Below the pieces are notes generated by a model, which was not told the DNA's origin, searched no databases, and saw nothing but the letters and a program-made list of their open reading frames with translations. Positions 10,028 to 18,951 of a DNA stretch of 64,000 nucleotides are shown here, piece after piece. The stretch is from Candidatus Gorgyraea atricola (lineage in GTDB: Bacteria; Omnitrophota; Gorgyraeia; Gorgyraeales; Gorgyraeaceae): assembly GCA_030765235.1 (NCBI GenBank), contig JAVCCW010000006.1, positions 1,789 to 65,788 of the forward strand, given 5' to 3'. The position numbers and the translations under genes were made by a program. Each line of letters opens with the position of its first letter. Position 1 is the first letter of the stretch.

Positions 10028-10725
10028 GCCTTTTTTGAAGAAATCTTTGAAAGGAAGATGCTCAGCTCATAAAGCACTATTAAAGGTATAGCCATAAGGC
10101 ATTGCGTGATTACATCAGGTGGGGTAAGAATTGCGCCTATTATAAAGATTATCAAGATAGCATACTTCCTGTTCTTTGCCAGGGTCTGTGGTTTTACAAT
10201 ACCTGTCTTTGTAAGTAACAGTATTATTAAAGGAAGCTGAAAGACCAGGCCAAATACCAGCGTAAGCATGCATACAAAAGACACATACTTGCCTACGCTT
10301 ATCATAGGGATAACATTTACTGTGCCAAAACTCATAAGAAACTTTATCCCTATGGGCACAATCAAAAAATACCCGAAGTAGCTGCCTATTACAAAAAATA
10401 TAAATGAAAAAAATACATATAAAGAGGCGTATCTTCTTTCCCTCTTTTTTAAGCCTGCTGATATAAAATCCCAGACCTGATAGAGTATAAATGGCGAGGA
10501 AAAATACAGCCCTCCAAAAAGCGCGATCTTTATATTGGTAATAAACGCCTCCTGTGGCGCAATAAATACAAGCGTACCGTCCAGGGGCCTGACTAAATGC
10601 GAGAAAATCTTATCTGTAAAGGTATAGACAAATATAGACGCGACAATCATAAAAATAACTGATTTCATGATCGTACGTCTCAATTCTTCCAGGTGGCCGA
10701 TAAAATTAAGTCTCTTGCCTGGCAT
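10024..10725 (-). CDS. tatC: Twin-arginine translocase subunit TatC
   Basis: HLEELR, SPFILYQVWDFISAGL, FGLVFQLP, LTPPDV, LYE. Confidence 0.95.
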   Translation of the reverse strand: MPGKRLNFIGHLEELRRTIMKSVIFMIVASIFVYTFTDKIFSHLVRPLDGTLVFIAPQEAFITNIKIALFGGLYFSSPFILYQVWDFISAGLKKRERRYASLYVFFSFIFFVIGSYFGYFLIVPIGIKFLMSFGTVNVIPMISVGKYVSFVCMLTLVFGLVFQLPLIILLLTKTGIVKPQTLAKNRKYAILIIFIIGAILTPPDVITQCLMAIPLIVLYELSIFLSKISSKKA

Positions 10726-10751
10726 ATAAAAACCTTAAACCCTTCTTGTTT

Positions 10752-11429
10752 CTAAAATTTTAAAAGATAACTCCATATATAATAACAACCTACAGCTATA
10801 AATATCGACCCTGTCGCCTTCCTCGCATATAACTCGAGCTTTGAAAAACGCTCGAACCATCGCAAGAACGATTTGACCCCTAATGCGATGATCACGGCGA
10901 AAAAAACAACCGGTAAGCCTGTGCCAATGCCGTATAGAAAAGGAAGGATAATCCCATATTTATGACTCAGTGATAGCGGGATCAAACTGCCAAAAAATAA
11001 CGCCGCGGAGAGCGGACAAAATGACAGCGCGAAAATAACACCAAGTAAAAACGCGCCTCTCATACCCGACTGCGCCAGATATTTCTGTTTTTCCTGAGAA
11101 ATAGAAATATTAGGCACGCTAAACCTGATGACATCCAGCAAAAACAGCCCTACGAGGATCAAGAGAGGGCCCAATATTTTATTCATATATCTCTGCAGGA
11201 AATTGGCAAGAGAAGGGATATTAACCAGGGATGTGATGATAATGCTTCCTAAAACAAAATAAGCGAACATGCGGCCAAATGTATACGCGAGTCCTGCCCG
11301 CAATACAAACTTTGGATCTGATGCCTGTTTGGATAAAAACGACACAGCGGCAATATTGGTCGCTAATGGACAGGGGCTTATTGAGGTAAGGATGCCGAAC
11401 CAGAATGCTGAAAACAATACTATGATCAT
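10752..11429 (-). CDS. CcdA/DsbD-type membrane protein (ArsG-like)
   Basis: TSISPCPLATNIAA, ALSFCP.SA.LFFG.LIP, multiple TM segments. Confidence 0.8.
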   Translation of the reverse strand: MIIVLFSAFWFGILTSISPCPLATNIAAVSFLSKQASDPKFVLRAGLAYTFGRMFAYFVLGSIIITSLVNIPSLANFLQRYMNKILGPLLILVGLFLLDVIRFSVPNISISQEKQKYLAQSGMRGAFLLGVIFALSFCPLSAALFFGSLIPLSLSHKYGIILPFLYGIGTGLPVVFFAVIIALGVKSFLRWFERFSKLELYARKATGSIFIAVGCYYIWSYLLKF

Positions 11430-11440
11430 TTTTATCTAAA

Positions 11441-11881
11441 CTACAGCTCGCTTAAAAAACCATTTACTTCTTTTTTGATATATTTATAAAATTTATCTTT
11501 ATTGTCCAGATATTCCCAGACCTTTGGAAGGTTTTTATACTCCAGTTCCTTGCCGTCTCTTATGAAAGAAAGTACCACTGATTTTGTGTAAAGCCCGTAA
11601 TCCTCGATAAAATGGGAGTTTTCTTTTTCATCAACATTTATAATTTTATACACCAGTTCTCCTGAGTCAAACTCTTTCACAAAATACTTATCAAGGGATT
11701 CTTTGGTGTATTTTTCTATCTTGTGGCAGTTAGAGCAGCGAAAACTACTATGGAAATAATAGGCTATTATGTGATCTCCGGGAGAAGAATCAGGCTCTTC
11801 TGCAGCCATAACGCTGAATGATGCTATAAAAAGAAAAAGCGCTATTGTAAAAACAGGTATAACGCGTTTTAAGAAATCCAT
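11441..11881 (-). CDS. Exported thioredoxin-fold protein (ArsF-like)
   Basis: Signal peptide, YYFH...RCSNC..IE. Confidence 0.75.
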   Translation of the reverse strand: MDFLKRVIPVFTIALFLFIASFSVMAAEEPDSSPGDHIIAYYFHSSFRCSNCHKIEKYTKESLDKYFVKEFDSGELVYKIINVDEKENSHFIEDYGLYTKSVVLSFIRDGKELEYKNLPKVWEYLDNKDKFYKYIKKEVNGFLSEL

Positions 11882-12099
11882 TTAATTATCTCCTCAGGGG
11901 AGGATATCTTCCCTGATGCCTTTACCTTGCCGTCGATGACTATCGCGGGAGTCATCATAACGCCATAGTCGGTTATTTTATCCATGTCCTCTACTTTGAT
12001 TATCTCGATTTCAACGCCTTTTCTTTTAGCGGCCTCTTGCGCATTGTTATAAAGCATATTACATCTCTGGCAACCCATTCCTAATATCTCTATTTTCAT
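11869..12099 (-). CDS. Small redox-active disulfide protein (MTH895/TM0996-type thioredoxin)
   Basis: Start refined to MKIEILGMGCQRC; YGVMMTPAIVIDG. Confidence 0.88.
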   Translation of the reverse strand: MKIEILGMGCQRCNMLYNNAQEAAKRKGVEIEIIKVEDMDKITDYGVMMTPAIVIDGKVKASGKISSPEEIIKWIS

Positions 12100-12263
12100 A
12101 ATAATACAGGCGCAAGGCACAACAAGACATGTTCCCTGGCGTACCATTTTACAAGGGCCAAAGACTCAAAAAGCGGGCCCCTGAAAGGAAGACTCTCTAC
12201 TGGAAAGTAGTAACTTATCAGGAAGCCCGCTATTATCAAAAAGAGCGTGTTTCTTCTATTCAC

Positions 12264-12728
12264 TTATTTCTTGCCCATCATGCCAGTCTTGCCCATCTTG
12301 CCTTTGCTGCAAAGAGACTTCATTTTCTTCTTCTGATCTGCAGTAAGGGTGCTTTTAAGCACTGCGCATGCTGCTACCAGGGCTTTTGCTTTTTCTTTCT
12401 TAATCTCGTATTTCTTGTCGATAAGAACGTTTACTGCGTTCAGATCGATCGTATCCTCCCACATGCTTGCCTTTATATCAAGCGCAAGTATGTCGATCTC
12501 AGCCTTTTTCCTGATCAAATCCTTCTTGGTGCTGATCTTCAGGTCTTTTATCTTTTCTACCTGCTCATCTGTAAGACCTAACTCCTCCTGGTTCTTGATA
12601 ATCATCATGGCCTTTTTATAGAATTTCCCACTAAGGTCACCATGACAGCCTTTCATCTTCCCATGCTCTGCATACACACTCGGCACCAAAAGACTGAGAC
12701 ACACTAAAACTAACAATACCTTCCTCAT
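12264..12728 (-). CDS. Spy/CpxP-like periplasmic helical protein
   Basis: Signal peptide, ELGLTDEQ and LTADQKKK motifs; start refined to MRKVLLV. Confidence 0.75.
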   Translation of the reverse strand: MRKVLLVLVCLSLLVPSVYAEHGKMKGCHGDLSGKFYKKAMMIIKNQEELGLTDEQVEKIKDLKISTKKDLIRKKAEIDILALDIKASMWEDTIDLNAVNVLIDKKYEIKKEKAKALVAACAVLKSTLTADQKKKMKSLCSKGKMGKTGMMGKK

Positions 12729-12812
12729 AATTCCCCCTTTCTTTTCTTTATTATACACCTAAAAACAAAGAATCCCAAGCAAAATCCTACTTGGGATGTA
12801 ATATTCCCGCGG

Positions 12813-12854
12813 AAGAGGAAGTAGGCCAGGTTTAAACCTGGCCTACTTCCTCTT
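12813..12854. repeat. GTAG-type REP-like palindrome, copy 1
   Basis: 26-bp core GTAGGCCAGGTTTAAACCTGGCCTAC (12821-12846) within a perfect 42-bp palindrome. Confidence 0.85.
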
Positions 12855-12866
12855 GTATTGTTGTCT

Positions 12867-13676
12867 TCAGTTAATCGACACTGGTTGAAGCGAATCTTTG
12901 CTTATGCCGACTATTCTTTCTTTGGCTAACTGGGCTACCTTCTTCCCTGAAACCAACATGCCGCCGAAGGTTGGGCCCATGCGCGGGATCCCGTATACAG
13001 CTGAGACAGCCATTCCAGTTACAAGCAGCCCTGGATAGATCTCGCCTGTTTTTTCAACGACCAAATCCTCAGAAGTATTCGCATCCATTGGCCCGCATTC
13101 CTTTATCTTAAGAATACCCCGCTTCTCCAGGCTTCTGCACACCCATGCATCATGACCAGTAGCATCGATCACAATCTTAGATTCCAGAGAAATAGGGTCA
13201 ACACAGGTAATTTGTTTTGGAAGAGATGATATTGCTGTCCAGTTTATGACAACACCTTCCATCTTGTTATTTCGTATCACTGCATCATCAAATTTTGTCA
13301 TGTTCAGGATCTTTGCACCTGCATCACATGCAGCTGAGATAAGCTTTGCGCATGCATTCGGGCCATCAGCTACAACCAATCCCTTTTCAACCTCTTTATA
13401 AGGTATCTTCAGCTCATCCAGAATCTCATCTGATGGGCTACGAAAAGTCACTGTATTCATAAGATATCCGCCGAGCCAAAAACCGCCACCTAGATAATTG
13501 TTTGCCTCGATAACTAAAGTCTTAATACCATCTTTTGCCAAATCCATTGCTGCTGTAAGTCCACTTGGCCCGCCACCTACGATAATTACATCTGAAATAA
13601 TATAATCCTCGAGCCATTTGCTAAATTCCCTTACGATAGCTTTACTAATCTTCGCTTCAGTCACAGGATGAAACAT
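12867..13676 (-). CDS. thi4: Thi4-family adenosine diphosphate thiazole synthase
   Basis: GGGPSGL, GGGFWLGGYLM, CVDP, DATGHDA, PRMGPTFGGMLVSG. Confidence 0.92.
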   Translation of the reverse strand: MFHPVTEAKISKAIVREFSKWLEDYIISDVIIVGGGPSGLTAAMDLAKDGIKTLVIEANNYLGGGFWLGGYLMNTVTFRSPSDEILDELKIPYKEVEKGLVVADGPNACAKLISAACDAGAKILNMTKFDDAVIRNNKMEGVVINWTAISSLPKQITCVDPISLESKIVIDATGHDAWVCRSLEKRGILKIKECGPMDANTSEDLVVEKTGEIYPGLLVTGMAVSAVYGIPRMGPTFGGMLVSGKKVAQLAKERIVGISKDSLQPVSIN

Positions 13677-13689
13677 GCTTTCCCCCTTC

Positions 13690-14298
13690 CTAGTTAAATA
13701 GAGCCTGGAATTTCTCTATTTCCTTCTTTACATCATCCTTTGTCAGGACTGCTGAAATCGCGCATACTGCGTCTGCTCCAGCATCCACGACCTCTTTTAC
13801 ATTGTCGAGGGTAATGCCACCTATTGCTGTAACAGGTACAGTGCAGTTCTTTTTTATCTCCTTTATGAGCTCAATACCGCAAGGCGCGCCTGCATCATGT
13901 TTTGTCGTGGTTGAAAATATCGGACTTACGCCTAAATAGTCAGCGCCTTTTTTCTCTGCCAGCACTGCCTCTTTTAGATCATGCACTGTTACGCCTATTG
14001 TCTTTGTCTTGCCCAAGAGCTTACGAGCAGTCTCGTATGGCATATCGCCCTGGCCTACATGCACACCATCTGCATCCACTGATAGAGCAGCACCCACTAT
14101 GTCATTTATAATAAATAATGCCTTTCCCTCGCATATGTTCTTAAGCGTCTTTATTTCCTCAAGCAAAAACTCCATCTTGCTCGTTTTGCTTCTATATTGA
14201 ACAACACTCACTCCAGCCTCAATAGCGCTTTTCACATCACTCCGGTTACCATTCTTACTAAGACCAGCATCTGTTACAAAATAATAACCTTTTATCAT
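13690..14298 (-). CDS. thiE: Thiamine-phosphate synthase
   Basis: VQYRSK, FIIND, DGVHVGQGD, ADYLG..PIF.T.TK, AIGGI. Confidence 0.95.
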   Translation of the reverse strand: MIKGYYFVTDAGLSKNGNRSDVKSAIEAGVSVVQYRSKTSKMEFLLEEIKTLKNICEGKALFIINDIVGAALSVDADGVHVGQGDMPYETARKLLGKTKTIGVTVHDLKEAVLAEKKGADYLGVSPIFSTTTKHDAGAPCGIELIKEIKKNCTVPVTAIGGITLDNVKEVVDAGADAVCAISAVLTKDDVKKEIEKFQALFN

Positions 14299-15083
14299 TC
14301 TACCCTCTTTAGTTTTTCTATTTTTTCTTTGTCCAGATTATAAATATGATCGAATAGCTTTACCTTAAATGTGCCTGGGCCGGCGCTATCCTTGTATGCA
14401 AGCTCTGCTGCGATCTCATAACACGCAAGGCCTGCTGCGCTCGCTTTAGCCAGATCTTTTTCAACAGCACTAAACGCGCCTATGACTGACGCTGCCATGC
14501 ATCCTGTACCTACCACATGCGCCATCATATCGCAGCCATTTTTTACAATAATGTGCTTATCTTTAGTAGCTACTATATCTTCTTTTCCTGTTATAACCAC
14601 TGTGGCATTTCTTTTTGCTGCAAGATGTTTTGCCAGCTCTATTAGATCTTTCTCAACTTCACTCGAATCTACACCCTTTGTCTGGACCTCTTCGCCTGCG
14701 ATCCTGGCAACCTCTGAGGCATTGCCTTTTATAATATCAATCCTTGCACAATCCAGAAGCTCAAAACACTTTTCATCCCTTAATTTCGTAGCGCCTGCGC
14801 CGCATACATCCAGTGTAACGGGTATACCTTTTTTATTCGCTGATTTCGCGGCCTTTTTCATTGATTCAATAAATTCAGGTGTCAATGTACCTATATTAAG
14901 CACAAGCGCTGACGCCAGAGACGCCATATCCTCGACCTCTTCCGCAGCATGAGCCATTACAGGCGCAGCGCCAAACACCTTCACGATGTTAGCACAATCA
15001 TAAATCGTGACCCAATTCGTAAGATGATGCACCAAAGGCTTCTCCGTCCTAACTTTCTGCAAAATACTATAGATGTCCATCAA
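14295..15083 (-). CDS. thiM: Hydroxyethylthiazole kinase
   Basis: PLVHHLTN.VT..DCAN, LNIGTL, IKGNASE, GTGC. Confidence 0.95.
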   Translation of the reverse strand: MMDIYSILQKVRTEKPLVHHLTNWVTIYDCANIVKVFGAAPVMAHAAEEVEDMASLASALVLNIGTLTPEFIESMKKAAKSANKKGIPVTLDVCGAGATKLRDEKCFELLDCARIDIIKGNASEVARIAGEEVQTKGVDSSEVEKDLIELAKHLAAKRNATVVITGKEDIVATKDKHIIVKNGCDMMAHVVGTGCMAASVIGAFSAVEKDLAKASAAGLACYEIAAELAYKDSAGPGTFKVKLFDHIYNLDKEKIEKLKRVE

Positions 15084-15099
15084 TTCCTCCTAATAAATA

Positions 15100-15129
15100 A
15101 AAAACCCTATGCTAATACATAGGGTTTTT
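15100..15129 (-). terminator. Intrinsic terminator of the TPP riboswitch expression platform
   Basis: AACCCTATG-loop-CATAGGGTT followed by a T run, just before the thiM SD. Confidence 0.75.
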
Positions 15130-15138
15130 ACAAATCTT

Positions 15139-15326
15139 TTTCCCTACGCTGGCATTATCCAGTTCAGGTTCATCGGGTAATCCGCCTTGCCCCGTTCCAA
15201 ATTCTTCAATATCATCAAATAATCTACAAGAATTGCCCGCAATTAGTTACAAACAATCAATAGATTATCGATTAGAATTTGGAATGGGGTCTAGCAGAAC
15301 TCTCAGGCCGCTCACGACCTCCCCGT
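15139..15326 (-). ncRNA. TPP riboswitch with a ~100-nt insertion in P3
   Basis: Minus strand GGGGAGGTC..GGCCTGAGAG..[insert]..TACCCGATGAACCTGAACTGGATAATGCCAGCGTAGGGAA, upstream of thiM-thiE-thi4. Confidence 0.9.
15190..15289 (+). mobile_element. MITE-like palindromic element inside the riboswitch
   Basis: 16-bp terminal inverted repeats CCCCGTTCCAAATTCT / AGAATTTGGAATGGGG (one mismatch). Confidence 0.65.
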
Positions 15327-15367
15327 TGTTAACTAAATTAAAACATAGATACTACTTACTGTCAATA

Positions 15368-15733
15368 TTAAAAACAGCAAGCGCTCATGCCGGCTTTTTT
15401 GCATACTTCTAAAACATTGATGTCAACGCCGCATTCAGGGCATTTGATCATGCATTCTTTCTTGATGTTTGCCATGTATTTTTCTGGGTCGCTGTTGAAA
15501 GTCTCTATGCAGCCAGGGCAGCAGAATCCTATTGTCTTTCCATTGTATTCTGTTTTATACTGCGTGTCTTTGCTGACTTCACCTTCCATAACAGGGCAAA
15601 GAGTATTGATCGCTTCTCCTGTTTCGCCGGATTTTGCAGATCCTGCGCCACACGCGCCACAACCTGCAAACGCAAGGCTAGATGATACAAAGAACACAAA
15701 CACTACCACTAATAACGTTATGAGTTTTTTCAT
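15368..15733 (-). CDS. Exported YHS-domain Cys-rich metal-binding protein
   Basis: Signal peptide, NTLCPVM..EYNGKTIGFCC.GC...F..DPEKY. Confidence 0.85.
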   Translation of the reverse strand: MKKLITLLVVVFVFFVSSSLAFAGCGACGAGSAKSGETGEAINTLCPVMEGEVSKDTQYKTEYNGKTIGFCCPGCIETFNSDPEKYMANIKKECMIKCPECGVDINVLEVCKKAGMSACCF

Positions 15734-18700
15734 ATGTTATCTCCTTTCTTAGTTTTCCTAAGCTGGGCTTCCTTAATCCAGCAGTATAAGACTGGCACAA
15801 GAATCAGATTAGAAAGTGTTGCTGTAACCAGGCCCCCGACTGTCGGGGATGCCATTGGTTTCATGATCTCAGAACCTGTACCTGTTGAAAGCATTACAGG
15901 GATCAGAGCGATGATCGTAGTCGTAGCAGTCATCATTGCCGGCCTTACCCTTAAGAGCCCGCCTTCAATAACAGTTTTTCGGATATCTTCTATGGTCTTT
16001 GGAACCTTTTTTTTAAACAAATCATCCAGGGTTGAAAGCAGTACCACAGCATTATCAGTTGCTACACCAAATAGCGCAATGAATCCAACCCACACAGCAG
16101 TAGAAAATTTAAATCCCAGGATGAATAATAAAATAATACCGCCCATGAGAGAAACAGGTATGCCTGTGGAGAGTATCAGTAAACTGCTAAAATTCTTAAA
16201 CGCCACGTAAAGCAACATCAGTATAACGGCCAGAGCGATGATAAGCGATGGTATGAGCTTCTTTCTCGACTCCATCTCTGACTCGAACTGGCCTGACCAG
16301 GAAATAAAATATCCCTGAGGCAGTTTCAAATCTCCGTTATCTATTCTTTCTTTTACTGCCGCTTGAGCCTCATTTACAAAATCTATCAACCCGATTTTGT
16401 CCTGATTGACATTTACAAAGACCCTTGCGTAAGTCTGAGTGTCCTCTGAATTGATAACTGCCGGGCCAGGCACCCTTTTTAAAGTCGCAACCTGTGTCAA
16501 AGGTATGTGCTCGCCAGCCGGCGTGGGGATAAAAATCCTTTCCAGCGCTTCCGGCGAATCTCTTAATTCCCTCAGGTATCTTATCCTTACCGGATACCTC
16601 TCTCTTCCTTCGACCGTGGTAGTCAGATTCATGCCGCCTATTGCTGTCATTATTATATGCTGTATATCTCCTATTTTTACGCCAAAACGAGCGGCCTTTT
16701 CTCTGTCTATGTCTATCTCAAAATACGGCCTATTTGATGTGCGTTCGGCATACGGACTCACTGCGCCTTCTACCCCACTTACTATATCTTCTATCTTAAC
16801 TGCGATCTCAACTATCTTTCCCAGATCAGTTCCAAAGACTTTGATACCCACTGGTGTCTGTATACCTGTGGCCAGCATATCTATTCTATTGCGTATTGGC
16901 TGTGTCATTATAGGGCTTACCCCAGGCATCCTGGTCTTTTCCTGGATCTCCTGAATGAGTTTCTCTCTGGTCATGCCTTTACGCCAGAATTTCTTGTCCT
17001 TAAGATGGATGATACTTTCGATCATGCTTACAGGCGCGGGATCTGTTGCAGTTTCTGCGCGGCCTAACTTACCTACTACCCACTTGACCTCTGGAAATTC
17101 ATTTTTTATAATAATATCCTGTTTTTTCATAACCTCCATTACCTGCGTCAGAGACGCGCCAGGTAAAAATACAGGCATGAATAGAAGATCCCCCTCGTTC
17201 AAAGGAGGCATAAATTCCTGACCCATCATAGAGCCGCATAATAAACCTATCAGTATAACTGCAATAGAAATGAGAATTACTATTCCTTTATGCTTAAGGG
17301 ACCAACGGATGATCGGGTTATATCCTTTATACAAGGCCCGGGCTGTCCTGTTTTCTTCAACAGGCCGCAATCTGCCCCTTAAAAAATAATAGCAAAGTGT
17401 TGGTAAAAGCATCAGGGCGATCACAGCAGCAGCTCCCATGGCAAATGTCTTTGTAAATGCGAGCGGCGTAAAGAGCTTGCCTGCCTGTCCTGTCAAAACA
17501 AAAACAGGGATAAACCCTACGATAGTCGTGAGAAGGGCAAACAGCACTGGCTTTCCAACTTCTTGCGCTCCGGATATGCAGACGTTCAGCCTTTCATCAG
17601 GCGCAAGCCGCTCCACGCCCAATTCTTTGAGCCTCGTAGCCAATCTTCTATAAATATTTTCTACCAGCACACAGCCAGAATCCACCATCACGCCTATGGC
17701 TATTGCAATACCGCCCAAAGACATGATATTCGCATCCACGCCATACTGGCGCATTAATATAAAGGAAAGAAGCACGCCTATCGGCAATACCATGGATATA
17801 ACAGCGCTTCCCCCAAAATGCAGCAAGAATACAAGAATTACAAAAACTGTGATTATCATCTCCTGCATCAGGGCACTTTTTAATGTATTGATAGCCCGCA
17901 TGATAAGGCCTGTTCTATCATAAAAGGGGACTATCTTTACTCCTTTAGGAAGGCCTACTGAGAGTTCATCTATTTTTTTCTTAATATTCTCTATCACTTT
18001 AAGGGGGTTTTCCCCATACCTCATTAAAATAACGCCGCCTGTAACTTCTTTTCCTTCTTTATCCAAAGCACCTCTACGGAATTCAGGACCTATTGTCACA
18101 TTCGCGATATTCTTTATATATATCGGGGTACCTTCTTTAACATCTACGACAATGTTCTCTATATCAGAGACATTTTTTATAAAACCAACACCGCGGACAA
18201 TGAACTCTATGCCCCCTTCTTCAAATACCTTTGCCCCTACATCTATATTGGACTTCTGGACAGAGGTTATGACTTCGTGGATTTTTATATCATGCGCTAA
18301 AAGTTTATTCGGGTCTATATCGATCTGATACTGCTTTACATATCCGCCAACTGATGCGACTTCTGATACGCCTTCAACCGCGGTCAACTGATAACGCACG
18401 TACCAATCCTGAATCGAACGAAGCTCTGCCAGATCATAGCCATCGCCCTCGACTGTATACCAAAAGATCTGCCCTAATGCAGTTGCGTCCGGGCCCAAGG
18501 TAATTTTTGCGTCACCAGGAATATCTCTTTTTGCAAAATCCAGCCTTTCCAGGACCCTGGTCCTTGCCCAATAATAATCTGTCCCCTCTTTGAAGATCAT
18601 ATTCACAAGGCCAAATCCGAACGCAGATGTCGAACGCACCACCTTTACTTTCGGCGTGCCCATCAGTCCTGTTGTCAACGGATATATGACCTGGTCTTCT

Positions 18701-18882
18701 ACATCTCTGGGGCTTCTCCCCGGCCAATCAGCATAGACAATAACCTGAAGTTCGCCTATATCAGGTATTGCATCTATAGGGATCTCCTTCATTGAAGAAA
18801 ATCCCCAGAAAATCAAAAGCGCAAACGTCGCTATGACCAGGAATCTATTTTTAAGACAAATTTCGATAATTTTATTTATCAT
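15730..18882 (-). CDS. cusA: CusA/CzcA heavy-metal RND efflux permease
   Basis: DAIPD, LGPDATALG, MSLGGIAIAIGVMVD, LFTPLAFTKTF, RVRPAMMT. Confidence 0.95.
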   Translation of the reverse strand: MINKIIEICLKNRFLVIATFALLIFWGFSSMKEIPIDAIPDIGELQVIVYADWPGRSPRDVEDQVIYPLTTGLMGTPKVKVVRSTSAFGFGLVNMIFKEGTDYYWARTRVLERLDFAKRDIPGDAKITLGPDATALGQIFWYTVEGDGYDLAELRSIQDWYVRYQLTAVEGVSEVASVGGYVKQYQIDIDPNKLLAHDIKIHEVITSVQKSNIDVGAKVFEEGGIEFIVRGVGFIKNVSDIENIVVDVKEGTPIYIKNIANVTIGPEFRRGALDKEGKEVTGGVILMRYGENPLKVIENIKKKIDELSVGLPKGVKIVPFYDRTGLIMRAINTLKSALMQEMIITVFVILVFLLHFGGSAVISMVLPIGVLLSFILMRQYGVDANIMSLGGIAIAIGVMVDSGCVLVENIYRRLATRLKELGVERLAPDERLNVCISGAQEVGKPVLFALLTTIVGFIPVFVLTGQAGKLFTPLAFTKTFAMGAAAVIALMLLPTLCYYFLRGRLRPVEENRTARALYKGYNPIIRWSLKHKGIVILISIAVILIGLLCGSMMGQEFMPPLNEGDLLFMPVFLPGASLTQVMEVMKKQDIIIKNEFPEVKWVVGKLGRAETATDPAPVSMIESIIHLKDKKFWRKGMTREKLIQEIQEKTRMPGVSPIMTQPIRNRIDMLATGIQTPVGIKVFGTDLGKIVEIAVKIEDIVSGVEGAVSPYAERTSNRPYFEIDIDREKAARFGVKIGDIQHIIMTAIGGMNLTTTVEGRERYPVRIRYLRELRDSPEALERIFIPTPAGEHIPLTQVATLKRVPGPAVINSEDTQTYARVFVNVNQDKIGLIDFVNEAQAAVKERIDNGDLKLPQGYFISWSGQFESEMESRKKLIPSLIIALAVILMLLYVAFKNFSSLLILSTGIPVSLMGGIILLFILGFKFSTAVWVGFIALFGVATDNAVVLLSTLDDLFKKKVPKTIEDIRKTVIEGGLLRVRPAMMTATTTIIALIPVMLSTGTGSEIMKPMASPTVGGLVTATLSNLILVPVLYCWIKEAQLRKTKKGDNI

Positions 18883-18894
18883 GATATACCTTTT

Positions 18895-18916
18895 GGCACA
18901 CTAAAGTGTGCCCTAC
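18895..18916. repeat. Degenerate GTAG-type REP-like palindrome
   Basis: GGCACACT-AA-AGTGTGCC-CTAC, similar to 31883-31908. Confidence 0.55.
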
Positions 18917-18951
18917 AGCTGCTATAAGCTGCTATTGTGTGACCTACTTAA

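Noticed and set aside
12108-12147. Sequence ending GGCGTACCA that resembles a tRNA 3' end
   Set aside because: No T-loop, anticodon arm or D arm; far too short
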